Virus record (IMG/VR): IMGVR_UViG_3300032224_000950
Span: 1-62,525 of that record
Length of the DNA stretch: 62,525 nucleotides
Origin: a virus
Taxonomy: Duplodnaviria > Caudoviricetes
Reading direction: 5' to 3' (one strand)
The translations under genes were made by a program, and so were the position numbers. This document shows positions 28,738 through 38,509 of this stretch, piece by piece. The notes under the pieces are model-generated. The model saw only the letters and a list, made by a program, of their open reading frames with translations. It was not told the DNA's origin and ran no database searches. Position 1 is the stretch's first letter; the number at the start of each line of letters is the position of its first letter.

Positions 28738-28747
28738 AAGAAAATTT

Positions 28748-31414
28748 ATGTCTTATGTAGACGCATGGTTTGATCGCGAAAACGATGTCATCAAGATCGT
28801 TGAACGCAATAAAAAAGGTGAAAGGGAATTTAGAAACATTCCTGTACGCCACACATTTTATGTAAAAGACCCTAAGGGTAAACATCAATCAATTTATGGA
28901 GATCCTGTACAACGGATCGTCTGTAAAAATACTAAAGAACTTCGTAAAGAACAAGCAATCAATTCAGGTAAGCAGTTATTTGAATCAGACATCAATCCAA
29001 TCTTTGTAACCTTAAGTGAAAACTATCTTAATGCAGATGCTCCAAAACTAAATGTAGCATTTTTCGATATTGAGGTAGACTTCGATCCAGAACGTGGCTA
29101 TGCATCACCCGATGATGCGTTCATGCCAATTACTGCTATCGCTGTTTACCTACAATGGATGGAGACCATGGTATGTCTAGCAGTTCCGCCAAAGACTATT
29201 ACAATGGAAACTGCATTGGAGCAGGTTAAAGAATTTCCAAACACTATGCTGTATAAAACAGAAGCAGAAATGCTAGATGTCTTTTTAGATCTTATCAAAG
29301 ATGCAGATATATTAAGTGGTTGGAATTCAGAAGGTTTCGATATTCCTTACACCACTAATCGTGTTACTAAGGTATTAAGCAAAGAAGATACTCGACGCTT
29401 CTGTTTGTTTGATCAATTTCCTAAACGCAGAGAATATGAAAAGTTTGGTCGTGATAGTGTAACCTATGACTATATTGGTCGCGTTCACTTAGACTATCTT
29501 GAGCTGTACCGTAAGTATACGTATGAAGAACGCCACAGTTATAGACTTGACGCCATTGCGGAATATGAGTTAGGTCAACGTAAAACACAATATGAAGGTA
29601 CGCTCGACCAATTATACAACAATGATTTTAAGACATTTATTGAGTATAATCGCAATGACTGTAAACTATTAGACGACTTAGATAAGAAATTAAAATTCTT
29701 AGATCTTGCTAATACACTAGCACATGAATGTACAGTATTGCTACAAACAACAATGGGTGCTGTGGCTGTTACTGAACAGGCTATTATTAACGAAGCCCAT
29801 AGACGTAATATGCAAGTGCCAAACCGCACTAAGATGGATGAACGTGAAGATAACTCTGCGGCAGGTGCGTATGTAGCGTATCCTAAAGAAGGTATTCACG
29901 ATTGGATTGGCTCACTAGACATTAACAGTCTATATCCAAGTGCCATTCGTGCGCTTAATATGGGTCCGGAAACTATTATTGGTCAATTACGTCAAACTAT
30001 GACTGACGAATATATCGAATTACAAATGGCAAAAGGTAAAAGTTTTGCCGCGGCATGGGAAGGTATGTTCGGTAGTCTAGAGTATACTGCTGTTATGAAT
30101 CAGGAGATTGGAACAGAAATTACGATCGACTGGGAAAACGGCGATGTTGATGTACTAAGTGCCGCAGAAGTATATAGACTTATATTTGAAAGCAATCAAC
30201 CTTGGATGATAAGTGCTAATGGTACTATTTTCTCGCATGAAACAGAAGGTGTTATACCTGGATTACTCAAGCGTTGGTATGCAGAACGTAAGGAAATGCA
30301 GGCTAAACTTAAAGAAGCTATCAATGCTGGTAATAAGATCGAAGAAGAATACTGGGACAAGCGACAGTTAGTTAAGAAGATTAACTTGAACAGTTTGTAT
30401 GGTGCTATTCTTAATCCCGGCTGTAGATTCTTTGACAAACGTATTGGACAATCAACTACTTTAACAGGTCGTCAGATTGTTAAACATATGGCGGCTAAAG
30501 TAAATGAGATTGTTGCTGGAGAATATGACTATCGCGGCAAAGCCATTATCTATGGTGATACTGACTCATGTTACTTTAGTGCTTATAAGACCCTGCAAAA
30601 AGACATCGATGCTGGTCATATTCCCTGGACTAAAGAAAATGTCATACAGTTGTATGATCAAATCGGAGAAGAAGTTAATCAAACATTCCCTCAGTTTATG
30701 TTAGATACATTCCATGTACCAAAGACCCGCGGTGAAGTTATTAAAGCAGGTCGTGAGATTGTTGGCAGTAAGAGTTTGTTCATTACTAAAAAACGTTATG
30801 CTGTTCTTTACTACGATAAAGAAGGCAAACGTGCAGACGTAGATGGTAAACCAGGTAAGATCAAGGCCATGGGCTTGGATTTGAAGCGCAGTGACACTCC
30901 TGAATTTATTCAGAACTTTTTAAGCGATGTTCTTGAAATGGTTCTAATGGGCAAAGAAGAACAAGATGTGTTGGATATGATTACAACGTTTCGTACCCTG
31001 TTCAAAGGTCGACCTGGTTGGGAAAAAGGTAGTCCAAAACGTGCAAATAAGATAACCGAATATCAAGGTAAAGAAACTAAAGCAGGTAAGACTAACATGC
31101 CTGGACATGTTCGAGCTAGTATTAACTGGAATACACTCAAACGTATGTATGGTGACAAGTACAGTATGGGTATTACTGACGGTGCAAAAGTTATCGTATG
31201 TAAACTCAAACCCAATCCGCTGGGATTTACATCAGTTGCATACCCAGTAGATGAGCTAAGACTGCCACAATGGTTTAAAGATTTACCGTTTGATCACGCA
31301 GAGATGGAACAGACTATTATTGACAACAAGTTAGATAATCTAATCGGTGTTCTAAAATGGGACATTAACAGCACTGAAGAAAAGAATACTTTTAATTCAC
31401 TATTTGAGTTTTAA
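28748..31414 (+). CDS. Family B DNA polymerase with 3'-5' exonuclease (T4 gp43-like)
   Basis: FDIE, GWNSEGFD, YN..D exonuclease motifs; DINSLYPS, K...NSLYG, YGDTDS, KKRY. Confidence 0.97.
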   Translation: MSYVDAWFDRENDVIKIVERNKKGEREFRNIPVRHTFYVKDPKGKHQSIYGDPVQRIVCKNTKELRKEQAINSGKQLFESDINPIFVTLSENYLNADAPKLNVAFFDIEVDFDPERGYASPDDAFMPITAIAVYLQWMETMVCLAVPPKTITMETALEQVKEFPNTMLYKTEAEMLDVFLDLIKDADILSGWNSEGFDIPYTTNRVTKVLSKEDTRRFCLFDQFPKRREYEKFGRDSVTYDYIGRVHLDYLELYRKYTYEERHSYRLDAIAEYELGQRKTQYEGTLDQLYNNDFKTFIEYNRNDCKLLDDLDKKLKFLDLANTLAHECTVLLQTTMGAVAVTEQAIINEAHRRNMQVPNRTKMDEREDNSAAGAYVAYPKEGIHDWIGSLDINSLYPSAIRALNMGPETIIGQLRQTMTDEYIELQMAKGKSFAAAWEGMFGSLEYTAVMNQEIGTEITIDWENGDVDVLSAAEVYRLIFESNQPWMISANGTIFSHETEGVIPGLLKRWYAERKEMQAKLKEAINAGNKIEEEYWDKRQLVKKINLNSLYGAILNPGCRFFDKRIGQSTTLTGRQIVKHMAAKVNEIVAGEYDYRGKAIIYGDTDSCYFSAYKTLQKDIDAGHIPWTKENVIQLYDQIGEEVNQTFPQFMLDTFHVPKTRGEVIKAGREIVGSKSLFITKKRYAVLYYDKEGKRADVDGKPGKIKAMGLDLKRSDTPEFIQNFLSDVLEMVLMGKEEQDVLDMITTFRTLFKGRPGWEKGSPKRANKITEYQGKETKAGKTNMPGHVRASINWNTLKRMYGDKYSMGITDGAKVIVCKLKPNPLGFTSVAYPVDELRLPQWFKDLPFDHAEMEQTIIDNKLDNLIGVLKWDINSTEEKNTFNSLFEF

Positions 31415-31415
31415 T

Positions 31416-32195
31416 ATGAAAATTATAATTGCAGGTTATGGATTCGTAGGCAAGGCTGTTGCTAATTCTCTGAAAGAAGATAATGATCTTGTAATCGTAG
31501 ATCCTAAATATACCGATGATAAGATCGTCGATCATTATGATGCAGATGGTATTATCATTTGCGTTGGAACTCCTAGTACCCCTAGCGGTAATTGTGATAG
31601 CAGAGATGTATGCGGAGTACTTGATGAGGTTCCGATATCAATGCCAGTATTAATCAAAAGTACCATAAGCATTGATGTTATAGAAGCATTAAAATTAATT
31701 TATCCTCAGCATGAAATTTGTTATAGTCCAGAATTTTTACGTTCGGCAACTGCTGATAAAGACTTTGCCGATCAGACTTATATGATTCTAGGCGGTGTAG
31801 ATTCAAATAGGGTATGGGAGAATTTATTTAAAAACTCATTAACTAAACTTAAAAGCATATTCTATTGCTCTGTTGAAGAAGCAAGTATAACAAAGTATAG
31901 TATCAATTCTTTTTTAGCGACCAAAGTATCTTTTTTTAATCAGATATATGATGTATGTCAAGCTAGTGGAATCAATTATGATACTGTACGTAGTTTGATT
32001 ACACAGGACAAACGGATTGGCGGATCACATACGCAGGTTCCTGGTCCAGATGGAGGTCGTGGGTTTGGCGGACATTGCTTTCCAAAAGACACAAAATCAT
32101 TTAGAAAATATGCCTACGGCCTAAATAAACCTATTACTGTTTTAGATTCAGCAATAGATTATAACGAAACGGTAAGAAAAGACGTTGACCTTTAA
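31416..32195 (+). CDS. UDP-glucose/GDP-mannose dehydrogenase-like protein lacking the C-terminal UDP-binding domain
   Basis: IAGYGFVG, IKST, SPEFLR, K...N..LA.K..F.N, GFGGHCFPKD. Confidence 0.85.
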   Translation: MKIIIAGYGFVGKAVANSLKEDNDLVIVDPKYTDDKIVDHYDADGIIICVGTPSTPSGNCDSRDVCGVLDEVPISMPVLIKSTISIDVIEALKLIYPQHEICYSPEFLRSATADKDFADQTYMILGGVDSNRVWENLFKNSLTKLKSIFYCSVEEASITKYSINSFLATKVSFFNQIYDVCQASGINYDTVRSLITQDKRIGGSHTQVPGPDGGRGFGGHCFPKDTKSFRKYAYGLNKPITVLDSAIDYNETVRKDVDL

Positions 32196-32213
32196 TAAAA
32201 ATCTAAGTATAAT
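32185..32213 (+). promoter_or_regulatory. Sigma70-type promoter for the clamp/dpdA operon
   Basis: TTGACC(32185)-17 bp-TATAAT(32208). Confidence 0.75.
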
Positions 32214-32235
32214 CATAACACATGGAGAATCATAA

Positions 32236-32967
32236 ATGAAAGACTTTTTACAAGACCTAGTAGCCCATACACATAGTTTGGGCTTTTTACCTCTGGTCAA
32301 GGTAACTGCATCAGATAAAGAAACTAAGATTGAATCGATGGCAGAGGATCGTTCAGTAATATTAAATGCAACTACACATAATCCTGTAGATAATCTTGAA
32401 GGTACATTTGGTATGCCGAATCTTAATAAATTAGATTTGCATTTAAAGTGTCCTGAATACAAAGAGGGTGCAGGCATTAGCGTAGTTAAGCAAAATAGAA
32501 ATGGTGATGACATTCCGACAGGTCTACATTTTCAAAATGCCAGTGGCGACTTTGAAAATGACTATCGTTTTATGAATCAAGATATTATTAACGAAAAACT
32601 AAAATCAGTAAAATATAAAGGATCAGGATGGGATGTCGAATTCCAACCAACTGTTTCTAGTATACAGCGTTTAAAATACCAAGCGGCGGCACACACTGAG
32701 GAAACAACATTTCAAGTTAGTACTGATAGTAATAATCTAGTTTTTAGTTTCGGTGATGCAAGCACACACGCAGGATCATTTACTTTCCAAAGCGGTGTTA
32801 CAGGTAAATTAAAACAAAAGTGGTCTTGGCCTGTTAATCAAGTGCAAAGTATTTTAGGTCTCAGCGGCGATATTACAATGCGTATTGCTGATGCAGGTGC
32901 ATTACAAATTACAGTAGACAGCGGTATCGCTATGTACGATTATATCCTTCCAGCACAAAGCAAGTAA
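32236..32967 (+). CDS. Putative DNA sliding clamp (gp45/PCNA-like)
   Basis: 243 aa; two-domain beta/alpha pattern; ends YILPA like PCNA/beta clamps; near polB, and a clamp loader is present. Confidence 0.7.
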   Translation: MKDFLQDLVAHTHSLGFLPLVKVTASDKETKIESMAEDRSVILNATTHNPVDNLEGTFGMPNLNKLDLHLKCPEYKEGAGISVVKQNRNGDDIPTGLHFQNASGDFENDYRFMNQDIINEKLKSVKYKGSGWDVEFQPTVSSIQRLKYQAAAHTEETTFQVSTDSNNLVFSFGDASTHAGSFTFQSGVTGKLKQKWSWPVNQVQSILGLSGDITMRIADAGALQITVDSGIAMYDYILPAQSK

Positions 32968-33170
32968 TGGAAACTAAAAAAAGAACAATAGTAAGAATGT
33001 TAACATACAGACTTACTGCTTGGTTGTTTACTATTTTTTGGACATACTTGTTTACCGGAGATATCGGTAGTGCTACAGGGTTTGCCACGGCACTACATAT
33101 TCTTCTAAGCATAGATTACTACATACACGAAAGAATTTGGTTAAAAATTAAGTGGGGTCGAATTGAATAA
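32967..33170 (+). CDS. DUF2061-like small membrane protein
   Basis: ET.KRT....TYR...YY.HER.W..I.WG pattern. Confidence 0.7.
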   Translation: METKKRTIVRMLTYRLTAWLFTIFWTYLFTGDIGSATGFATALHILLSIDYYIHERIWLKIKWGRIE

Positions 33171-34872
33171 AAACTTAACAGCTACACAAAATGACTATGC
33201 ATATTTTTTACCAGCAACATCTGGTTTCTATAGTACGTTCATAGGCAAACAACGTTACGGCAACTATGTTGATCCGGCACGTTTGCCTCAATCTTTTACT
33301 AATGGTGTTGAAGGTTTAAATTATCTTGAACCTGATAAGGGTATGTTTTATTATGATCATTGCTTGTATTCAGCTGGTCATGCTAATCTAGATTTATCTA
33401 AACAAGATGACAGTGAAGATATGTTTCGTAACAGAGATCGTACTACTAGTTGGGTACTAGGTGATTCTGGAGGATTCCAGATTGGTAAAGGTGTATGGGA
33501 AGGCGAGTGGAATGATCCTACAGGACCAGTAGTTGCACAACGTATGGCTGAAGCGATTGCCAAAGGTGTTGAACTAGTTCCACAAGTACATCCTACAGGT
33601 CATCCTAAAACAGATAAGAATGGTAATCCAAAGCATACTAAAGTTGATCATGTTAAACTTTATCAAGCACAATTAGATGCCGCACAGAAAAAACGTGAAC
33701 TAGTGTTAAACTGGATGGATACCCTTATGGACTATGGTATGGTCTTAGATATTCCAGCGTGGGTATGCCGTAGTCCGGCTGGCATTAGGGCTACTGGTAT
33801 TTCAACTTATCAAGAAGCTGTAGAAGCTACAAAGTATAATAATGAATATTTCATTAAACATCGTACAGGCGCTTGTAAATTCTTAAATGTATTACAAGGT
33901 GAAAATCATATCGATGCCGAAAACTGGTATGATGAAATGAAAAAATTCTGTGATCCTAACCAATATGATAAACCATTTAATGGTTGGGCAATGGGTGGAC
34001 AGAATATGTGCGATGTTCATCTAGTATTAAAAAGATTAGTAACATTACGATTCGATGGACTTCTTGAAAAAGGTCATCAGGATTGGATGCACTTCTTGGG
34101 CACTTCTAAATTAGAGTGGGCAGTTCTTTTAACCGATATTCAACGTGCTGTTAGGAAATACCATAATGAAAACTTTACCATCTCTTTTGATTGCGCATCA
34201 CCGTTCCTTGCCACAGCAAATGGACAAATCTATATGGCAACGGAAACTCCCGACGGTGACAAATGGGTTTACCGTATGCAGGCTTCTGCAGACGACAAAA
34301 AATATTCGACAGACACAAGATTATTCAAAGACGCAGTAGTACAAGATAATATCTTTGATAGGTTTGAAACCAGTCCGATTATCGATCAAGTAGAGATGAA
34401 AGACATTTGTATCTATGCACCCGGTGACCTAAATAAAGTAGGTAAAGAAGGTCGTACAAGTTGGGATAGTTTTACCTATGCAATTATGATGGGTCATAAT
34501 GTTTGGATGCATTGTAATGCCGTACAAGAAGCTAATCGCCAAAGTGATGCTGGAATAATTCCAGCTATGTTAAGTGCTACTACCGCAGATAGGTCGCATA
34601 GAGATTATAGTCCTGCTCCAAATAAATTTAAAGATATCGTAGATTTAATATTTTCTATCGATAACAAACAAGATGCGCTCGATTTGGTTGAATTTTATGG
34701 ATCATATTTTGATAGCATAATCGGTACTAGAGGTAATACAGGAGATCGAATTACCAATGCTAGTGCCAAAGCAGACGAGTTTGGCTTTCCTGCGGTTGAC
34801 TTTAGTGACCTAAAAGCTGTAAAATCAGAGAAAGCAACACCTATTTTAAACGATTCACTTTTTGAGTTTTAA
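33163..34872 (+). CDS. dpdA: TGT-fold DNA guanine transglycosylase (DpdA-like)
   Basis: TGT motifs in order: GDSGGFQ, MVLDIP, NVLQG, GWAMGG, MHFLG, ISFDCASP, HN; no CxCxxC zinc site; clustered with folE/queE; TTG start. Confidence 0.8.
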   Translation: MNKNLTATQNDYAYFLPATSGFYSTFIGKQRYGNYVDPARLPQSFTNGVEGLNYLEPDKGMFYYDHCLYSAGHANLDLSKQDDSEDMFRNRDRTTSWVLGDSGGFQIGKGVWEGEWNDPTGPVVAQRMAEAIAKGVELVPQVHPTGHPKTDKNGNPKHTKVDHVKLYQAQLDAAQKKRELVLNWMDTLMDYGMVLDIPAWVCRSPAGIRATGISTYQEAVEATKYNNEYFIKHRTGACKFLNVLQGENHIDAENWYDEMKKFCDPNQYDKPFNGWAMGGQNMCDVHLVLKRLVTLRFDGLLEKGHQDWMHFLGTSKLEWAVLLTDIQRAVRKYHNENFTISFDCASPFLATANGQIYMATETPDGDKWVYRMQASADDKKYSTDTRLFKDAVVQDNIFDRFETSPIIDQVEMKDICIYAPGDLNKVGKEGRTSWDSFTYAIMMGHNVWMHCNAVQEANRQSDAGIIPAMLSATTADRSHRDYSPAPNKFKDIVDLIFSIDNKQDALDLVEFYGSYFDSIIGTRGNTGDRITNASAKADEFGFPAVDFSDLKAVKSEKATPILNDSLFEF

Positions 34873-35124
34873 ATGACACTACCTGATGAACGATATCGAG
34901 CAGTAATGCAGACCCAGAGGTTTCTCTTAAGGTTATTAACTACTCCCCGAGTTCCTAAAGCCGTTAAAGATGAAGCTAGAGCTTGTTTACGACATTATCC
35001 TAGCGAATACGATATGAAAAAAGTATCGCAAACAAGTGCTGACATATTTGCTGAACGTATGGAAGATGTTGAACGTATGTTTAAACGATACGAACAATTA
35101 CAGGCAGAAAAAAATGAAACGTGA
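34873..35124 (+). CDS. BPSL0761-like small protein
   Basis: MTLPDER.RA.....FL..L...P.VP..V...A...LRHYP pattern. Confidence 0.6.
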   Translation: MTLPDERYRAVMQTQRFLLRLLTTPRVPKAVKDEARACLRHYPSEYDMKKVSQTSADIFAERMEDVERMFKRYEQLQAEKNET

Positions 35125-35665
35125 TTATACTAGTGGTACAAGCGAAGGCGTCACCTTTTTTATTGGTTCAGAAATAGAGCGTACTCCTGCATTTGGTATG
35201 CGTACACTATTTGTAGTAGGCACACACGATCCTCAAACAGTATTACATATTGCAAATGATACACAGACTTATCTTGACGAAAGCAAACGTATCAAGCATA
35301 TCTACTTTGGTGCTAATCAAAGTTTTAAAACTAAAGGTGTAAATGATGTAGAAGGTTGGCGACCTTGGGAAGACATGATTAAAAGCTGTTTAGATGCAGG
35401 ATACTGGTGTACTTTAGACTTTGACGTGTGCGAACATGAAGGTCTTCTCGAGAGCGGTTTAACCGAAAATCGTAGATTTATTCCACAAATTAGTGTAAAA
35501 TTGCCTTATCTAAGTCAACTAGGCTATAATGCTACAATTAAAATTGATGATAAAGATTTTGATGCAACTAATCCAGGTGTATGGTGTATTCCAATTGGTG
35601 CTATTACACAACGCAAGTATTTTACCAATTGGGATGAATATACAAACGATGAAATCATAAAGTGA
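35114..35665 (+). CDS. Hypothetical protein in the modification cluster
   Basis: Likely start ATG 35114; IYFGANQSF and KIDDKDF..TNPGVWC segments; no family recognised. Confidence 0.7.
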   Translation: MKRDYTSGTSEGVTFFIGSEIERTPAFGMRTLFVVGTHDPQTVLHIANDTQTYLDESKRIKHIYFGANQSFKTKGVNDVEGWRPWEDMIKSCLDAGYWCTLDFDVCEHEGLLESGLTENRRFIPQISVKLPYLSQLGYNATIKIDDKDFDATNPGVWCIPIGAITQRKYFTNWDEYTNDEIIK

Positions 35666-36309
35666 TAAATTATAAAGTCCATCCGATACCTAATCGAGGC
35701 TTCTTGTTAGCCGATATTCCTGCTGACGTTCTTTCTTTTGTAAAAAACGAAATTGACAATATTTCAAACAACAGAACTACTGCTAAAAAGATGACTAGTG
35801 AACTTGTTGGTCAAATCGCAAATGAATTTGAAATGTTCGATTCAAGATCGATTATTGAACAACTATCATTAGAATTAGTAAATGAATATGAAAGGCATTT
35901 TAAACATGCCGGTATAAGATGTGATGTTTTGCAAAATCTTAAATTAAATCCATCATCATTTGAGCTTGGCCCATTATGGGTGAACTTTCAAAAGAAACAT
36001 GAATACAACCCTCCGCATAAACATTCGGGCGTATATAGCTTTGTAATGTGGATTAAAATCCCTTATAATATAAAAGACGAAAGGATAGCAGAAAATTCAG
36101 TTAACTCATTTAGAAATAGCAACGGAATTTTCTATTTTCAATTTATCGATTCGTTAGGTGATATCAATAAGTTTTCAATTGATGCTGATTCATTATACGA
36201 AGGTAAAATGTTATTTTTTCCTGCAGAGATGTGGCATGGTGTGAATCCATTCTTTTCATCAGATGACGAAAGAATTTCAATTAGCGGCAATATATTTTTA
36301 AAGGTATAA
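35662..36309 (+). CDS. 2OG-Fe(II) oxygenase-like protein
   Basis: WVN......YNPPHKH...SFV; distal H (WHGV); RISISGN. Confidence 0.75.
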   Translation: MINYKVHPIPNRGFLLADIPADVLSFVKNEIDNISNNRTTAKKMTSELVGQIANEFEMFDSRSIIEQLSLELVNEYERHFKHAGIRCDVLQNLKLNPSSFELGPLWVNFQKKHEYNPPHKHSGVYSFVMWIKIPYNIKDERIAENSVNSFRNSNGIFYFQFIDSLGDINKFSIDADSLYEGKMLFFPAEMWHGVNPFFSSDDERISISGNIFLKV

Positions 36310-36310
36310 G

Positions 36311-36706
36311 ATGAATATTAAGCAAGACATACGACCAAACAAAATGATCTGGGTTACTTTCCGCAAAGAAGGTATTCATAAATATCCTGCGGCACTAACA
36401 GATCCAGCATTAGCTACAGGAGATGAATATGATGTATCGTTTTTGGGTTACCCTCATCGCCACATCTTTCATTTCAGGGTGTGGATCAGTGTGCAACATA
36501 ATGACAGGGACATCGAGTTCATCCAGTTCAAACGATGGCTCGAGTCGCTGTATAATGGTCAAGGTTCCACTCTAAGCCTTGACTACAAGAGTTGTGAAAT
36601 GATGTCAGACAATCTGTTTGATGTTATTTCCAATAAGTATCCAAGTCGAGAGATTTGGATTGAGATCTCCGAAGACGGAGAAAATGGTAGTTTTATCAAA
36701 TACTAA
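36311..36706 (+). CDS. QueD-like T-fold protein of DpdL type
   Basis: EGIH...LGYPHRHIF...IEF..FK...SCE...EISED; QueD CxxxHGH replaced by LxxxHRHxF. Confidence 0.7.
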   Translation: MNIKQDIRPNKMIWVTFRKEGIHKYPAALTDPALATGDEYDVSFLGYPHRHIFHFRVWISVQHNDRDIEFIQFKRWLESLYNGQGSTLSLDYKSCEMMSDNLFDVISNKYPSREIWIEISEDGENGSFIKY

Positions 36707-36717
36707 AAGAGGCTGCA

Positions 36718-36957
36718 ATGGCTAAGAACTATAAAGAATATAATTATTTTGAAAATCGTCCCGATGTAGTAAAGGTCTTTGAAGACCTTGAGACATATCA
36801 TGATTTTTGTCGCTTGGAAATGTTTCCATTCGATGAAAGTCATCTCTACAACAGAGACAGTTGGGCATGGCGCAATTACGAAAAAAGCAAGCGTCCAAAA
36901 AAAGCGTTCAATGGCGAACGTAAACCATATCAAGGTAATAAGCCACGGTACAATTAA
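36718..36957 (+). CDS. Hypothetical protein
   Basis: GAGG RBS; coupled to the downstream gene. Confidence 0.65.
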   Translation: MAKNYKEYNYFENRPDVVKVFEDLETYHDFCRLEMFPFDESHLYNRDSWAWRNYEKSKRPKKAFNGERKPYQGNKPRYN

Positions 36958-38054
36958 TGACAATTTTTTTAATTGATCTAGAAGCAGTCGAGACAAGGTA
37001 CACGGGTCAGTGGAAGACTCATGTACCTGCTCTCTTACGAAAGGCAGGACACAATGTTCAAATTATCTCTGGGCCTACGGATATTCCTACAGCCACTACT
37101 CCTGGTGCTTTTCTTAATTTTGGTGGCACCAATATATACAAGTCTGCTCAAGTTGAACAAATGGGCCGTTTATTTTGTAGCGGATCCGTTCATCCCGGCG
37201 ACCACTTTATTTTTACTGACGCTTGGCATCCGGGCATTATAAATTTAAAGTATATGAGTGAGTTATTGGGCATCCCAGTAACAACACACGGCTTGTGGCA
37301 TGCTGGATCATATGATCCTCAAGACTTTTTAGGCAGACTAGTTGGCAACAAGCCTTGGGTTAGAAATGCTGAAAAAAGTTTCTTCCACGCATTTGATCAC
37401 AACTACTTTGCCACAGACTTTCATATCCGAATGTTTGTTACTAATCTATTAAACGATTATCCTACAGAAAATCCGTGGCTAGAAGAAGACCTAGCAGATA
37501 TTATTGCAGGAGAAGATCCTAGATTTGTGCGCACAGGCTGGCCAATGGAATATATGGCTGATACATTAACCATGTATAAGAATATGCCCAAACGTGATCT
37601 TATTCTTTTTCCGCATCGCATCGCACCTGAGAAGCAAGTTGAGATTTTTCGAGACCTAGCTACACACTTACCGCAGTATGAATTTGTAGTGTGTCAGGAT
37701 CAACAACTAACAAAAAATGAATATCATAACCTGTTAGGCGAAGCGAAGATGGTGTTTAGTGCTAACTTACAAGAAACTCTAGGCATTAGTTGCTATGAAG
37801 GTGCGGTGGTTGACGCTATTCCTATGGTTCCGGATCGTTTAAGTTATACTGAGATGTATTATGATACGTTCAAGTATCCGAGTGTGTGGACTAACGACTA
37901 TGATACATATACTGTATATCGTCCAGATTTATGTCGTAGAATAATAGAACATATGGATAACTACTCCACTAGAATTCCACAAGTTCGCAAACAGACACAT
38001 GATTTAACTGAAAACTTTTTCTCAGCACACGCATTATTAGAAAGAATCAAATGA
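36957..38054 (+). CDS. GT-B fold glycosyltransferase (GT4-like)
   Basis: FPHRIAPEKQ and QETLGISCYEG (E-x7-E) donor-binding motifs. Confidence 0.75.
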   Translation: MTIFLIDLEAVETRYTGQWKTHVPALLRKAGHNVQIISGPTDIPTATTPGAFLNFGGTNIYKSAQVEQMGRLFCSGSVHPGDHFIFTDAWHPGIINLKYMSELLGIPVTTHGLWHAGSYDPQDFLGRLVGNKPWVRNAEKSFFHAFDHNYFATDFHIRMFVTNLLNDYPTENPWLEEDLADIIAGEDPRFVRTGWPMEYMADTLTMYKNMPKRDLILFPHRIAPEKQVEIFRDLATHLPQYEFVVCQDQQLTKNEYHNLLGEAKMVFSANLQETLGISCYEGAVVDAIPMVPDRLSYTEMYYDTFKYPSVWTNDYDTYTVYRPDLCRRIIEHMDNYSTRIPQVRKQTHDLTENFFSAHALLERIK

Positions 38055-38509
38055 TACTTAAACTTTTAGAACGTCTTGGCCGTAAACGTATTATCATGGA
38101 TCGAGTAGATAACGAGCCGTATTTAGAACGTTACTACCTATTTCTTAAAGAACGCAAGACTTTTCCGTTTAATATTTTTTTACATAAGTTTTTAAAAGGT
38201 GATCCGGACGATGTTCATGATCACCCGTGGCCATACGCCACGTTAATCTTAAAGGGCGGCTATTACGAATGGATTCCCCAATTCAATGCAGACGGTACAA
38301 AGTCTTGTGAAATTCGTAAATGGCGTGGACCCGGACATTTCCGTATTTGTAGTCCCAACAGTTATCATCGTATTGAATTAAAAGAAGGTGTAACTGCTTG
38401 GACATTGTTTATGCCCGGACCACAAACGAGAGAATGGGGTTTTTTCGTTAACAACAAGTGGATACATAATGACTTATACTTATACAGTAGGAAACGGCAC
38501 AATAACTAA
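38051..38509 (+). CDS. Cupin-fold protein
   Basis: HDHPW....ILKGGYYE...YHRI...WTLF. Confidence 0.65.
   Translation: MILKLLERLGRKRIIMDRVDNEPYLERYYLFLKERKTFPFNIFLHKFLKGDPDDVHDHPWPYATLILKGGYYEWIPQFNADGTKSCEIRKWRGPGHFRICSPNSYHRIELKEGVTAWTLFMPGPQTREWGFFVNNKWIHNDLYLYSRKRHNN

Noticed and set aside
28748-31414. Intron or intein in polB
   Set aside because: Continuous 888-aa ORF with normally spaced motifs
33163-34872. Canonical tRNA-guanine transglycosylase (tgt)
   Set aside because: Lacks the CxCxxC zinc site, has large insertions and a polymerase-like tail, and sits in the replication operon; a DNA substrate is more likely though unproven
36311-36706. Canonical queD
   Set aside because: The catalytic CxxxHGH motif is absent
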